From the NCBI GenBank assembly GCA_026770705.1, contig JANJGN010000017.1, positions 57,598,001 to 57,662,000 on the forward strand: a stretch of DNA of 64,000 bases. Direction: 5' to 3'. The notes beneath the pieces are model-generated. The model ran no database searches. It had not been told where the DNA came from and saw nothing but the letters and a program-made list of their open reading frames with translations. This document shows positions 1 through 11,539 of the stretch, piece after piece. Position numbers and translations under genes: made by a program. The stretch is from Isurus oxyrinchus (lineage: Eukaryota). The number at the start of each line of letters is the position of its first letter. Positions within the stretch are counted from its first letter, which is position 1.

Positions 1-439
1 TATTTTTATTTATAGTGAATGAATAAAACATATGGCAATTTCGAAAGCAGAGAAGTTTCTTTGGAGTATAGGGGTTTCTCTGTTTCACAGGGGAAGAGCA
101 GGAAAATACTACACAGAGCTGGTACAGTTGTACCAATGGTGGAGGCTCGTAATTACAGTGACATTCTTTACAATAAACAGTTTTTATTATCAGTATGAAC
201 ATAGTAATTTACAATGAAAGCGTATGCAGTTGTAACATTTTTAATATGTCACTAGTCAATGACCTGTAGTGTTGTGTACAAGGAGTCAAGAACAATGCAA
301 CATCAGATCAAACAGGGTTACAGGCAAGCAGTGTAACTTGACCAGGCGGCACAGACATAATTTAGTTACCATTTCAAAGTCATAAATTGTGTCCTTATTT
401 TTGTTTTTTCAGTTATAAATTTAGATCCACACTTATAGT

Positions 440-930
440 GGAAACTGCTTTTGTATGTATTATTACACACCAATCTCTCTCTCATAAGTCCTCTTTCTTT
501 CCTTCAATCCTTGCCTCTCAACTTCCTGCTCTCTTGCTCCATTCTCTCTTCCTTTACTCTCAATCTCCCCCTTGTCTTTTATTTTCACTCTTTCTGTCAA
601 CCCTGCCATTCCTTCATCAGCTCCCTCACTGACTTTCAACACCCTCAACCTCTCAACATCATATTTCTCTCTTAACACGCGTTCTCTCTCAACCCCTTAC
701 TCTTACTCTAAACCCCTCTGACAAACGCATAACAGTCTCTCAACTTGCTTTCTGTCTCTCATTCTCTATCAATTCCTTCTTAGTCACCTTGTTTCCCCTC
801 TTTTTCTGACCCCCTCAAACTTCCTCTCTCAAAACTCGACATTTTGTCTCAGAAAAAATTAGAATTGGGAAAGAAAGTATTGGCCTTGATCATTTGTGTC
901 TTTCAATCCATCTCTCTATCTCTCTCTCTA
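440..930. repeat. CT-rich low-complexity tract
   Basis: Strong pyrimidine skew (ctctct/ctttct runs) with no fixed period. Confidence 0.55.
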
Positions 931-1106
931 CACCACTCCCAATCCCATTTCATATGTGTTAAAAATTAGAGCCTCTGTCAAACAGTGTAATCCATTAGCA
1001 TTGACTTTTTCAAACTTTCAACAGTAGCAGGTGGAGTTAATTAGTTGAATTCAAAGTTCAACTAGTGTTGTTTTAAAATTGAAAATTAACATGAACAAAG
1101 ACATGG

Positions 1107-1263
1107 AGAGTAATCTTCAACTTCACCACATAGGCAATAATCTGGTAGAGCACATCATCCACCTGTCATAGAACCCACCCAATTCTCATCCCATTGATTC
1201 TAACAATGGCTGTGTGATTAGCTTCACCATACTGCCTAGGTGTTATATTTGAAAATGACCCCC
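1107..1263. mobile_element. Old short MITE-like element
   Basis: Imperfect inverted termini gagtaatcttcaa ... ttgaaaatgaccc. Confidence 0.35.
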
Positions 1264-1374
1264 GCTGTTTCTCTCATCCCACTCAGTCAATTTAATATAT
1301 TTTGTCCACTCAGAGAATGCGGAAAAAAAGGCTACAACTAGTGTTATAGGATACTGATATTTTCTCTTCATGAG

Positions 1375-1617
1375 AACACGAAAAAAACTTCTTTACACAG
1401 TGAGTGGTTGGGATCTGAGAACATGGTAGAGGCATATTCAACTGTTGCTTTCAAAAGGGAGCTGGATAAGCATCTGAAGAGAAAAAAACTGCAGGGCTAA
1501 CAGAAAAAGGAGGGGAAATGGGACTAGCTGAATTGCTCTCATAGAGTGTTGGCATGGATGTGACAGGCCAAATAGTCTCCTTTTTCCTCCAAAAATAAAA
1601 TCATTCTATGATTCTAT
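1375..1617 (+). mobile_element. CR1 LINE 3' end fragment
   Basis: ttctttacacagtgagtggttggg ... ttcaaaagggagctggataag, ending in the CR1-type tail cattctatgattctat. Confidence 0.8.
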
Positions 1618-1636
1618 CTGTAATATTGAGACATCA

Positions 1637-2130
1637 GGCTGAATTTTTGCCACAGAGATGAAAACAGGAGCCAGGTTTGCTTCTGGATCAGAAACCCACC
1701 TCCAGGGGAAAGTGATTAAAGTTGAGATTTTCACTTGGGTGAACAGTTAATTGCCATGCAAACATGTTTGCAGTCCAATTAAGGTTAGTAGGTGGGCTCT
1801 CAAAACTGGAGGGTCAATCAGAGGCCTTCCAGCTTCAGTGAAACACCCAACAGGGAGAGCCTGCTGCCTCGGGGCAGTTGATCTGCCCCATTGCGTCAGG
1901 GATTTGGAGGCCAATTGGAAAACACCAGTAAACACCTAAACTTATCTTTAACAAGGCTCTGAATTAGCCAGATTACCTGCCCCCATCATAGGGGTGGGAG
2001 AACTTCTTGGGCCCTGAACCCACCTCCCCAACAAAATGGCCAGCGCCAGAAATGGCATCCCGATACTCACACACCAGCCAGTGGCCCATCTACTTCTGTT
2101 ACCGCTGTCAGGGGACCCGAAAATTCAGCC
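1637..2130. mobile_element. Harbinger-type MITE
   Basis: Perfect 11-bp TIR GGCTGAATTTT (1637) / AAAATTCAGCC (2120-2130); non-coding interior. Confidence 0.7.
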
Positions 2131-2132
2131 TA

Positions 2133-2371
2133 TTATCCAGGCCAAAGCAGCCCACTTGACTGGCACCCCATCCACTACCTTGAACACTCAAACCTTCCAT
2201 GACCGGGCACAGTGGCATCGGTGTGTACCATCTACAAAATGTACTGCAACAACATGTCAAGCCTCCTTCAAAAGCATCTTCCAAACCCAGGAGCTCTGCC
2301 ATCTAAAAGAACAAGGTCAGCTGGCGCATGGGATCACCACTACTAGCAAGTTCCCCTTAAAGTCACACACT
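2133..2371 (+). mobile_element. CR1/L2-group LINE 3' region, left half (split by Harbinger insertion)
   Basis: Colinear with the uninterrupted copy at about 51080-51305; resumes at 5621. Confidence 0.75.
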
Positions 2372-2587
2372 GGGCGGAATTGTCCCAGATTTGCACTAAG
2401 TGTGGTGCGGCTTTTCATGCAGTTTTGTCCCAAACCGGCCGTATTAATTATGCATTCCTGAGAAACATGCCGTTTCCACGATGGGCGGACTCTAATTCAC
2501 CCACCATGCCATCACCTCGCCGCTTCATTGCCATATTTAAAGTCCAGCCGTGCGCACACCTCTCATGACTGCTGCAATGAAGACAGG

Positions 2588-4080
2588 ATGGCCCCAAAAG
2601 GCAATAAGACTGCAGCGCCCAGGTTCAATGACGCTCACTGTGATGTCTTCTAATTGTGCTTTGGCTGCAGGATGGGCAACAACCTCACTCATCTGCTTGA
2701 GAGGTGGTGGCAGCGGTGGTCAGCACAAAGCCCTGCAAAAAGAGGACAACCACCCAGCGCCAAAAAAGGATGAATGGTCTGTACTGCCGAGGTAATTCAC
2801 ACTTCTCATCACTCTCAACTCACACATTCACAGACCCATCACACATCTACAGGGATTTCACACCTCAAGGGCCGACACCACTAACTCTCACACACACCCT
2901 CGCATTTCCATCAGGCTCATAAACTCTTGAGTTCATATCCTCATCCTGTCCATGGCTCTGCTTACCACACAAACATTCCATGCAGTGCTATGTGTCCTGC
3001 TCACACTCACTCCATCTGTTTTCATGCAGCAGAAGCCTGCTCACATCAGGGAGAGATCCCAGACCAGGGAGCCCACATTAGGCCCCTCACTCACTTTGAG
3101 GATTGTGCCATCACGCTAGCTGGTGAGGACGTGGAGTGTGTCTGCAGTGACGGTGAGGTCAGCGACGAACACCCTCGTAAGGATCCTGCGCCACATCATC
3201 CCTCTCTCAATGCAAATGTGAGTGCACTCTCTCCTGCTTTTGACTCTGCTGCCATGCACTACTTATCTTTACTTTGGTTCACAAAGAGCTCTGCCAAGCG
3301 ACCGACACCCTCAGCCAGCCCGTCCCTCAGCTCCATCCACGGCCTCACTTCCAACCAAGAGGACACTTCCTCCATTGAAGAGTTGGAAATAAGCATCCTA
3401 GAAGACCCATCACAGCGCTCACCCACACCCTCCACCAGCGCAGAAACACACACCTCGGTGGGACCTAGATCTAAGCAGGCTCGGGTTCACAATCTGGTGA
3501 TCACCACACAGACACACGTCCGCAGCAGCAGGAGGCAGGTTCATGCAAGCTCCCAGGCACTCAGAGGACTACTGGAGGTCAGGCATCTGTGAGGTCCGAG
3601 TCAGTTGCTGAGCCTTTAGATTTCTCCAACTCATCTTGGAGAGTCAGCAGAAGGCAGGGGAACATCATGCAAAGCTGTTGGAAGCCCTCATCACAGTGGC
3701 ACATGGGTCAGAGGAATGCGTCCGCCTGCTCTCTGATGAAGTGCTGCCCACATGTTTGTGTATGGAGGTCTCCATGGGGAGGATGGTAGATGCCATGGAG
3801 ACCCTGGTCCAGCAGAAAGCGGAGATGTGTGCAGTCCTGCACTCCAACACGGGAGCCATGGGTGAGTTCCTGCAGTGGCAACGCGAGAGGGAAACGAGGC
3901 ACCTCGATGTCCCTCCAGGTGCTCCTTCCCCTCAAGGAGTCAGGCCAGGGTCCCCGGGCACCCGAAGTGGGGAGGATGGCAGCTGGACATCCCCGGGTCA
4001 TCTACTCAGGAATCTCAGAGGCCATCTTCTACCTCTGAGTCCCCTTCGCCTGTGAGCACCTCATCCTCTGTCACCACAGA
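2588..4080 (+). pseudogene. Harbinger Myb/SANT-like DNA-binding protein gene, spliced, decayed
   Basis: MAPKGNKTAAPRFND ... ALQKRTTTQRQKRMN; donor gtaatt near 2792, acceptor ttttcatgcag near 3030; frameshifts. Confidence 0.7.
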
Positions 4081-4419
4081 GGGAGTAGCTGGCCAACGAG
4101 TGATTCTGGAGGAAGAGGTGTGTGTGTGGCAGGGCCTTTCAGAGCCTCGTGCATGCACTCTCCCACGCACTCAGATCCTTCACTTATCACACTCACCTCA
4201 ATGTCCTGAGCATTTTGAATTCTGCCTACTAGGGTTTGCTTTCAGTTGTCCATCTGAGCTGACCTGTATCTCTGCCCACCCAATGATCACACTCCCATGC
4301 AGCACCTGATCTTGCCCGCCATGACTCTCGTTTCACTTTCGACTTAGACAGCATGGTGTGGATTTGGTTTTTTTGTGCATTCCCCCGTCCTTTGTCCTAC
4401 CCCAGCCACCCATTTCCTT

Positions 4420-5190
4420 TCCCCCATCACTGTTGACTCCCCTGGAACCTCTTCCAATCCCAGAAGACTTTCCACCCTGGAAGCCCTCCCCGCCCCAGCC
4501 CCTCCCCCAGGAACCCCTTCCTCCCTCTTAGTCCTCCCCCCGCAACCGATTCCCCCCCACTTAGGCCCTCCTCCTTCCTGACTCCCTCAGACACCCTTAC
4601 TTCTTCTGCCAAGCCTTACTCCTTCTGCCCTGACTCCTTCCTACAACCTTACCTCTTCCTTCAGCCTTACTCCTTCCCCCTTCCTGACTTCCTCAGGCTC
4701 CCTCAATTCCTCTTCCAGCTTTACTCCTTCCCCCTTCCCAACTCCTACCTCCACCCTTACTTCTTCCTCCAAGCCTTACTCCTTCTGCCCTGACTCCTTC
4801 CTACAACCTTACCTCTTCCTTCAGTCTTACTCCTTCCCCCTTCCTGACTTCCTCAGGTTCCCTCAATTTCTCTTCCAGCTTTACTCATTCCCCCTTCCCA
4901 ACTCCTACCTCCACCCTTACTTCTTCCTCCACCCTCACTCCTTCCCCTCTCTGCACTCCTTCACCCCCCTGGATTCCCTCCCCTCTGTGCAAGCCTGTCT
5001 CCCCTTGGACTCCTTCCCCTATCTGCACTCCTTCTTCCCCCGGGACTCCTTTCCCTCTATGTACTCCTTCCCCCCCCCCGAACTCCTTCCCTTACACCTT
5101 CCACACCCCGTACACTGACCTCCCCAGTTGCCATCTTCTCCCCTGTTACCCCCTCCTCCCCCAGATTCCTTCCCCCCTTTCCAACTTCCA
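4420..5190. repeat. Polypyrimidine minisatellite with a 160-bp tandem duplication
   Basis: cacccttacttcttc recurs at 4592, 4752 and 4912; short ccttactccttc-like monomers. Confidence 0.85.
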
Positions 5191-5620
5191 TGAGCTGCTT
5201 CACGGCGGAGCCATGTCCATGAGAATCCACCCAGCATGCCATGGACATTCCTCCAACATCTTCTGCTCCTCGGGTGTCCACAATGTGAGCAAGAGCCTGG
5301 AGATAAGTCCCAACTTTTACATGTCACAGTTGTCAAGACGTGTTCTGCACCAGCGTGTTTTCCCGCCAATGTGTGTGGATGATCCAGTGGGTGGGGCAGG
5401 GGGAATGAGTCCAACTGGCTGGCCTTAAAATGATAGCTGACGTATTGCAATGAGGTTCCCAATGTCTGACGGCGGGGAACACAACCTGCCATTGGCGGGC
5501 AGAGCAGATGATCGCAAATTGGTTTCATAATGTCGTGAAACCGATTTTTGGCCTTCTTGCATATTGTCCACTCACGCCACCGAACACGCCTGACACCAGC
5601 AGGCACGGAAAATCCCAGCC

Positions 5621-5835
5621 ACCATCTTGACTGAGAGCTATATCGCCATTCCCTCACCATCACTGGGTCAAAATCTTGGAACTCACTTCCGAACAGCACT
5701 ATGTGTACCTACACCACATGGACTGCAGCAGTTCAAAAAGGGGGCTCACCACCATCTTCTCAAGGCTTCTTAGAGATGAACCATAAATGCTGGCCTTGCC
5801 AAATGCATCACATCCTGTGCATGAATGAAAAGCGA
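5621..5835 (+). mobile_element. CR1/L2-group LINE 3' tail, right half
   Basis: gggtcaaaatcttggaactc ... ataaatgctggcc ... catgaatgaaaa; same tail at 51310-51522, 21666-21872 and 37563-37797. Confidence 0.8.
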
Positions 5836-7183
5836 GCCTTCTTTTTAAGAATAACACTCAATATAAACAAAAACGGACAGAAGAAAATTAACAATAATTT
5901 GTTTTTTCAAAGGGTAAAGTCAAAGGAAGTGTCAATAGCTGGAGAACTTATCATATGTTCTGAATTTAAAACATATAGCACCATAATGAAAAAATAAATA
6001 AAGATATCAAACATAGCTAAAAAAAATACTCTTTCACCTGTCACATGTCTGTGTATTCATTACTTGATTACATGATTATTATAGCTGGCCAGTTATTTCA
6101 AATGCAACACTCCCATTGTTATTTTAACAGAGCTGAACACCTTTAGATTTAATTAAAGAAACAAATTGAAGGAAGGGTGTAAAGTGTTTTCCCCACTCAA
6201 GTGCAGAGTTGTCTACTGTAGCGACTAACAGTGAAATATCTTCCAGGTGTGAGGAATACTTGAAATTGGTCATCATAAAAGTTATTAAGAAGACTTTGTA
6301 TATTCCTAATGAGATAGCAAAGATTTATTTAAATTGCTTTTTCAAAATAGCTGCAGTTTAAAGTTCTGTCCCATACATTTTCCTTATCCTCTACTGTTTT
6401 TCTTATTCCAAAGGAAGTTTGTAATTTCAAAATCTCTGTGGCTCAGTCCTTTTACATACTAAACCATTAACTGTACCAACTTGCCATGCTGAAGGTGCTT
6501 TATATAGGAACAGAAATCTTCCAGCCAACAAACAACAACTCTGGCATGGCTAGACAAAGTGCTGAATATTTTTTTAAGCTAAGTCTTGTGTACTTTTTGG
6601 TCCAATATTCTGCCACTCCAAACTTTTCATTCTTTATTTTGGCAGAAAATGTTACCTGCACTATGTCTAAAAATCACTAGTTTAGCCACTTATTGGGACC
6701 ATATTGAATTAAATGCAGACATGACGCAGTTTTCAAAAATTGCCTGCAGACTTTTGCCAGGTGGCGAATAAGGATGCAATCAAACCAGGCTTAAAAACCA
6801 CCCAGTAAGGAAGAACTTTTCTTTTTAAATCTAATAATACTTTGATAATATGATGGACTTATAATATTCCTCTAATATTCATAAGTACAATGGTAAGCCA
6901 ATGATATTACATACATTGCTGAGTGTTAGAAATTCATAACAAATCTTTTCATCATAATAACATCAATGTGTTGCTATGAATAACCATCACTGTGTAATGT
7001 GGCTGTTGAAATTCATGGGTGCAGCAAAATTGTTTGTGAAACGCTACAACCCAAATCACCTACCGTACATTATATTGATAAGGGCAGGATTGCACAGTAT
7101 AAAACAACGTCATATGTCTTAAACAAAAACAGAATTACCTGGAAAAACTCAGCAGGTCTGGCAGCATTGGCGGAGAAGAAAAG

Positions 7184-7222
7184 AGTTGACGTTTCGAGTC
7201 CTCATGACCCTTCAACAGAACT
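7184..7222 (-). ncRNA. Minimal type I hammerhead-like motif (core CUGUUGA)
   Basis: AGUU-CUGUUGA-A-GGGUC augag GACUC-GAAAC-GUC-AACU on minus strand. Confidence 0.6.
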
Positions 7223-7587
7223 GATTTTTCTTTACAAGGAGAGGGGGGAAATATAAGCTGGTTTAAGGTTGGGGGGGGTGTGGAGAAGTGGAGTGGGGTT
7301 GTGGTTGTAGGGACAAGCAAGCAGTGATAGGAGCAGATAATCAAAAGATGTCACAGACAAAAGAACAAAAGAACACAGAGATGTTGAAGTTAGATATTAT
7401 CTAAACGAATGTGCTAATTAAGAATGGATGGTAGGGCACTCAAGGTATAGCTCTAGTGGGGGTGGGGGGGCATAAACAATTTAAAAATAATGGAAATAGG
7501 TGGGAAAAGAAAAATCTATATAAATTATTGGAAAAAACAAAAGGAAGGGGGAAGAAACAGAAAGGGGGTGGGGATGGAGGAGGGAGC

Positions 7588-7850
7588 TCAAGACCTAAAG
7601 TTGTTGAATTCAATATTCAGTCCGGAAGGCTGTAAAGTGCCTAGTCGGAAGATGAGGTGCTGTTCCTCCAGCTTGCATTGGGCTTCACTGGAACAATGCA
7701 GCAAGCCAAGGACAGACATGTGGACAAGAGAGCAGGGTGGAGTGTTAAAATGGCAAGCGACAGGGAGGTTTGGATCATTCTTGCGGACAGACCGCAGGTG
7801 TTCTGCAAAGCGGTCGCCCAGTTTACGTTTGGTCTCTCCAATGTAGAGGA
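7588..7850 (-). pseudogene. PLE GIY-YIG endonuclease C-terminal fragment
   Basis: LLYIGETKRKLGDRFAEH ... PVACHFN ... LEEQHLIFRLGTLQPSGLN. Confidence 0.9.
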
Positions 7851-8237
7851 GATCTTGACCTTTCTCCTCCATCCCCACCCCCTTTCTGTTTCTTCCCCCT
7901 TCCTTTTGTTTTTTCCAATAATTTATATAGATTTTTCTTTTCCCACCTATTTCCATTATTTTTAAATCTTTTATGCCCCCCCCCAACCCCACTAGAGCTA
8001 TACCTTGAGTGCCCTACCATCCATTCTTAATTAGCACATTCGTTTAGATAATATCACCAACTTCAACACCTCTGTGTTCTTTTGTTCTTTTGTCTGTGAC
8101 ATCTTTTGATGATCTGCTCCTATCACTGCTTGCTTGTCCCTACAACCACACCCCCCTCCACTTCTCTCCCCCCACCCAAACCACCCCCCCCCAACCTTAA
8201 ACCAGCTTATATTTCATCCCTCTCCTTGGATTCAACC

Positions 8238-8276
8238 AGTTCTGCTGAAGGGTCATGAGGACTCGAAACGTCAACT
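8238..8276 (+). ncRNA. Minimal type I hammerhead-like motif (core CUGCUGA)
   Basis: agtt ctgctga a gggtc atgag gactc gaaac gtc aact. Confidence 0.6.
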
Positions 8277-8373
8277 CTTTTCTTCTCCGCCGATGCTGCC
8301 AGATCTGCTGAGTTTTTCCAGGTAATTCTGTTTTTGTTTTGGATTTCCAGCATCTGCAGTTTTTTGTTTTTAT

Positions 8374-11103
8374 GGAATTATTATAAGAGTATGAGAGCAC
8401 ACCGATTGGTGCGGCCCAATCACATGTGATAAAGAAGGAAGAATCATTGGGAATATGCCTCAATCCATGACATTTAAATGCAGCTTTGAAACATTCTCCT
8501 TACAAAATACCCATATTAGAAGAGTTAAATCCAAGAGTTGCAGGTGCAAAATTCTTCTTGAAGCTTCATGACAAGTATAGTTACTGATCAGTACATCTTT
8601 TGGAGAAGTCCCAAGAGCTTACTACATTTCATACCGCATTCAGATAATACTGTTTTCAATTACTTCCTTTTAGGCTATCCTTTAGCCAGGATCTTTCAAG
8701 TTCACATGAACCACATTACAGACACTGTACCAGGATGCATCTGTATCGTAGATGACATAGCTGTTGTGGAAAGAACAAAGCAAGAATATGACCATAATCT
8801 GCACTTATTGATGCAAGTGACACGTAATGAAGGATTGCCGTTCAACAGTCTGAAACGCAACATCAATGTGCAGCAGATCAATTTCTTCAGTTCTATTAAT
8901 TCCAGTGCTGGCATATGTCTCCATCCAAGTAAAATAGAGAATATTAAGGCCATGCCAGCTCCTCAAGATAAGGACGATCTTCAAAGATGTCTAAGTCTCT
9001 TTAATTTCTTTTCTTCATACATTCCCAATTTCACTCAAAAATCTTCATCGCTAAGGGAATTGTTGAGAGAAGATGTGCCTTTTTTGTGGCACGAAGACCC
9101 CCAATACCTCTTAGAAGCCCCAAAACAGTCATTATCAGAAGCACTGACATTGCAAATTTATGATCCTAGGGAGACAACTACCCTGGAGATAGATGCCGCA
9201 CAGAAAGGTCTGATAGCATGCATGCTACAAGAAGGCAAACCTATTGCATTTGCTTCAAAATCTCTGTCCATAATGTAATCCAACTACTCCAACATTAAGT
9301 AGGAAACATTAGCTTTAACGTTTGGAATCATGCACTTTCATACCTACTTATTTGGCAACAGATGTGTGGTAGAGACCGACCACAAGCCACTGGAAAGGAT
9401 TTGGCGAAAAGCACTAACCATTGCATCGCCAAGATTGCACTACCTATTGATAAAGACTCAAGGTTACGACTTTGAGATTAGGTGCAAGGCAGGTAATGAT
9501 GGAAACACTGGATACACTTAGCAAATTGCCTAACCCAGCAAAAACAGAAGAAAAATTCTTGGATCTACAAGTTTGACTTCATTGACATCGAACTTGAAAA
9601 TGTTCTCCAAACCGATCTGTTACATTTTGTGCAACACAAATGCCGGCAGCTACAAGAAGAAACAGCGAAAGATTTCACACTACAGAAACTGTGGAAAACC
9701 ATCATAGAATGATGGCCTGGTTTACTTCAGAATGTCCACCAACATGAGAGATCATTTTGGCCTTATTGGGATGAGCCAGGCATCTCCCAGAAAGCCATTT
9801 TTAAAGGCAAACATGTCATCACACTGAAAATTTGCAACTTGATGTTCTTGAACAACTTCAATACTCATACATTGGCACAGATTGGAGGAGAAGACTTACA
9901 AGAGAGACAGTCTATTGGCAGGGTATGAACAATGACATTGAATTCGACGTCAAGAAGTACGAAGCATGTCATGAGCATATGTCAAGTCAGCACAAAGCAC
10001 CATTGAAGTTCTTACCCATCATTGGCCCACAATTCTTTCTGACCTCTTTCATGTCCATGGCAATGACTTCATCGTCTTTATTGACTACTTCACCATGTAG
10101 CCCATTATTTGACAACTGCATCATATATCAAGCACAACTGTCATGCACACCTTAAATGTTATTTTCAGTTTATTTGGTGTGTCTACAGAGATCATTACAG
10201 ATAATGGTCTACAATTTATTGGTAAGCCATTTCAGAATATGTGTGAGAAGTGGAATATCGATCACACTACTTCTTTTCCTCAATACCCTCGATCTAATAG
10301 CCTAGCTGAATGAATGATTCACATGGTGAAATCCCTAGTTCTCAAATGTAGACAGACCAAGCAGGATCTACGCATTGCAACGTTATATTTGAGAGCAACA
10401 CTCTTAAGTGCAACTATTCCATCACCAGCAAAGCTCATGTTTGGCAGACCAGTGCATACCAATTTACCTACTCTTACCCATTCTCCTCTCTCAGAAACTA
10501 GAGAACAACTTTTAAAACTACAAGAGAGGATGACCAACATGCATGATAAAAGTGCAGGTACAGAATTGCTAAGTTTACAGTTGGGATAACAAGTTTGCAT
10601 CCAGGATCCCACAGAAGGTACATGGCAACCAACCAAATTTGTTCAGAACCAAGGTCCTATGAGGTCATTACACACAAAGGCGCAATGATGAGGCAGAATC
10701 GAGGACAAATCAGATCCATTCCAGCTCCTCAACTACTGTCCCCAAAAAATGGTCGATAAGCCTAATTTCTCACCCTCATTGTCTTAAGTTCACATGCAAA
10801 GAAAAGACTCTTTGCTGAGATGCCAAAAAGTTTCCAGTATTCACGCACCATATTCCAGAACAAGGCACTGTCGTGTTATTAAGGGATTGTTCATAAGAGA
10901 TTGGGTAAGAATGTTGTGAGTTCTTTTATTAAGATTAGGCACATGCATCTAGGATTGCATCTAGGACAAGATCCCAAATGTAACCAGGACAGCATCGAAG
11001 ATTGACAGATCACTGTGAGCAATTAAAGAAACCTCCAAAAAGGGTTACCATCACAAGATCTGGACGTATCAGCGGACTACCTTTACGCTTTAGAGACTCA
11101 TAG
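8374..11103 (+). pseudogene. Ty3/Gypsy pol (RT-RNase H-integrase), decayed
   Basis: EHTDWC, CIVDDIAV (YxDD-like), LEIDAAQKGL, PIAFASKSLS, VETDHKPLE, RETVYWQGM, ITDNGLQF, C-terminal TRSGR; many stops/frameshifts. Confidence 0.9.
10741..10945 (-). repeat. Inverted copy of 11359-11575 inserted in the Gypsy pol tail
   Basis: Reverse complement catgtgcctaatcttaataaaagaactc ... gagaaattaggcttatcgaccattttttggg aligns to 11359-11575. Confidence 0.85.
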
Positions 11104-11211
11104 ATTCATCCGTTCTATACATTTATTTAAGGCGACTAAACATCAACATGTATTGTAAATAGTTATACTTCTTTGGAAGGGGCAAAGCATCTTTAAAAAG
11201 AAAGGGGCTGC

Positions 11212-11448
11212 TGTAATATGTCTTTAAGCAAGATCAGCATGATATCACTAGAAGGGAAACGTGTCATGTGATCCAGTCTTAGTTTCGCTTTTGCTTTAAG
11301 CAACAGAGTAGGCACGTTCCTAATGTCTTCAAGCTTTATACCTATCTATAACTATTCTCATGTGCCTAGTCTTAATAAATGAACTCAAAACATTCTTACC
11401 CAATTGCTTATGAATGATTAGGTATTATATCATTATAATAACACAACA
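11212..11448 (+). mobile_element. 3' LTR of the Gypsy element
   Basis: Polypurine tract aaaaagaaagggg at 11195-11207, TGTAAT ... ACAACA termini, internal AATAAA. Confidence 0.7.
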
Positions 11449-11539
11449 GTGCCTTGTTCTGGAATATGGTGCGTGAGTACTGAAAATTTTTGGCATCTCA
11501 GCAAACAGCCTTTTCTTCGCATGTGAACTTAAGACAACG

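Larger units (their letters stand above)
2372..5620 (+). mobile_element. PIF/Harbinger transposon, internally deleted (Myb gene kept, transposase lost)
   Basis: Termini GGGCGGAATT / AAAATCCCAGCC; flanks ACT/ACC; left end matches reverse complement of 56700-56820, right end matches reverse complement of 17852-18000. Confidence 0.8.
7122..8371 (-). mobile_element. Penelope-like element (Neptune-like), truncated, with inverted pLTR arms
   Basis: Arms 7122-7592 and 7851-8340 are reverse complements; spacer encodes a GIY-YIG C-terminus. Confidence 0.9.

Noticed and set aside
73-155. Possible short exon after tctctgtttcacag
   Set aside because: Plausible acceptor only; no recognisable peptide or partner exons
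2927-3592. 221-aa ORF as an intact gene
   Set aside because: Reads through introns and shifted frames of the decayed Harbinger Myb gene
5019-5699. 226-aa minus-strand ORF
   Set aside because: Crosses LINE, transposon terminus and low-complexity repeat boundaries; not a coherent gene
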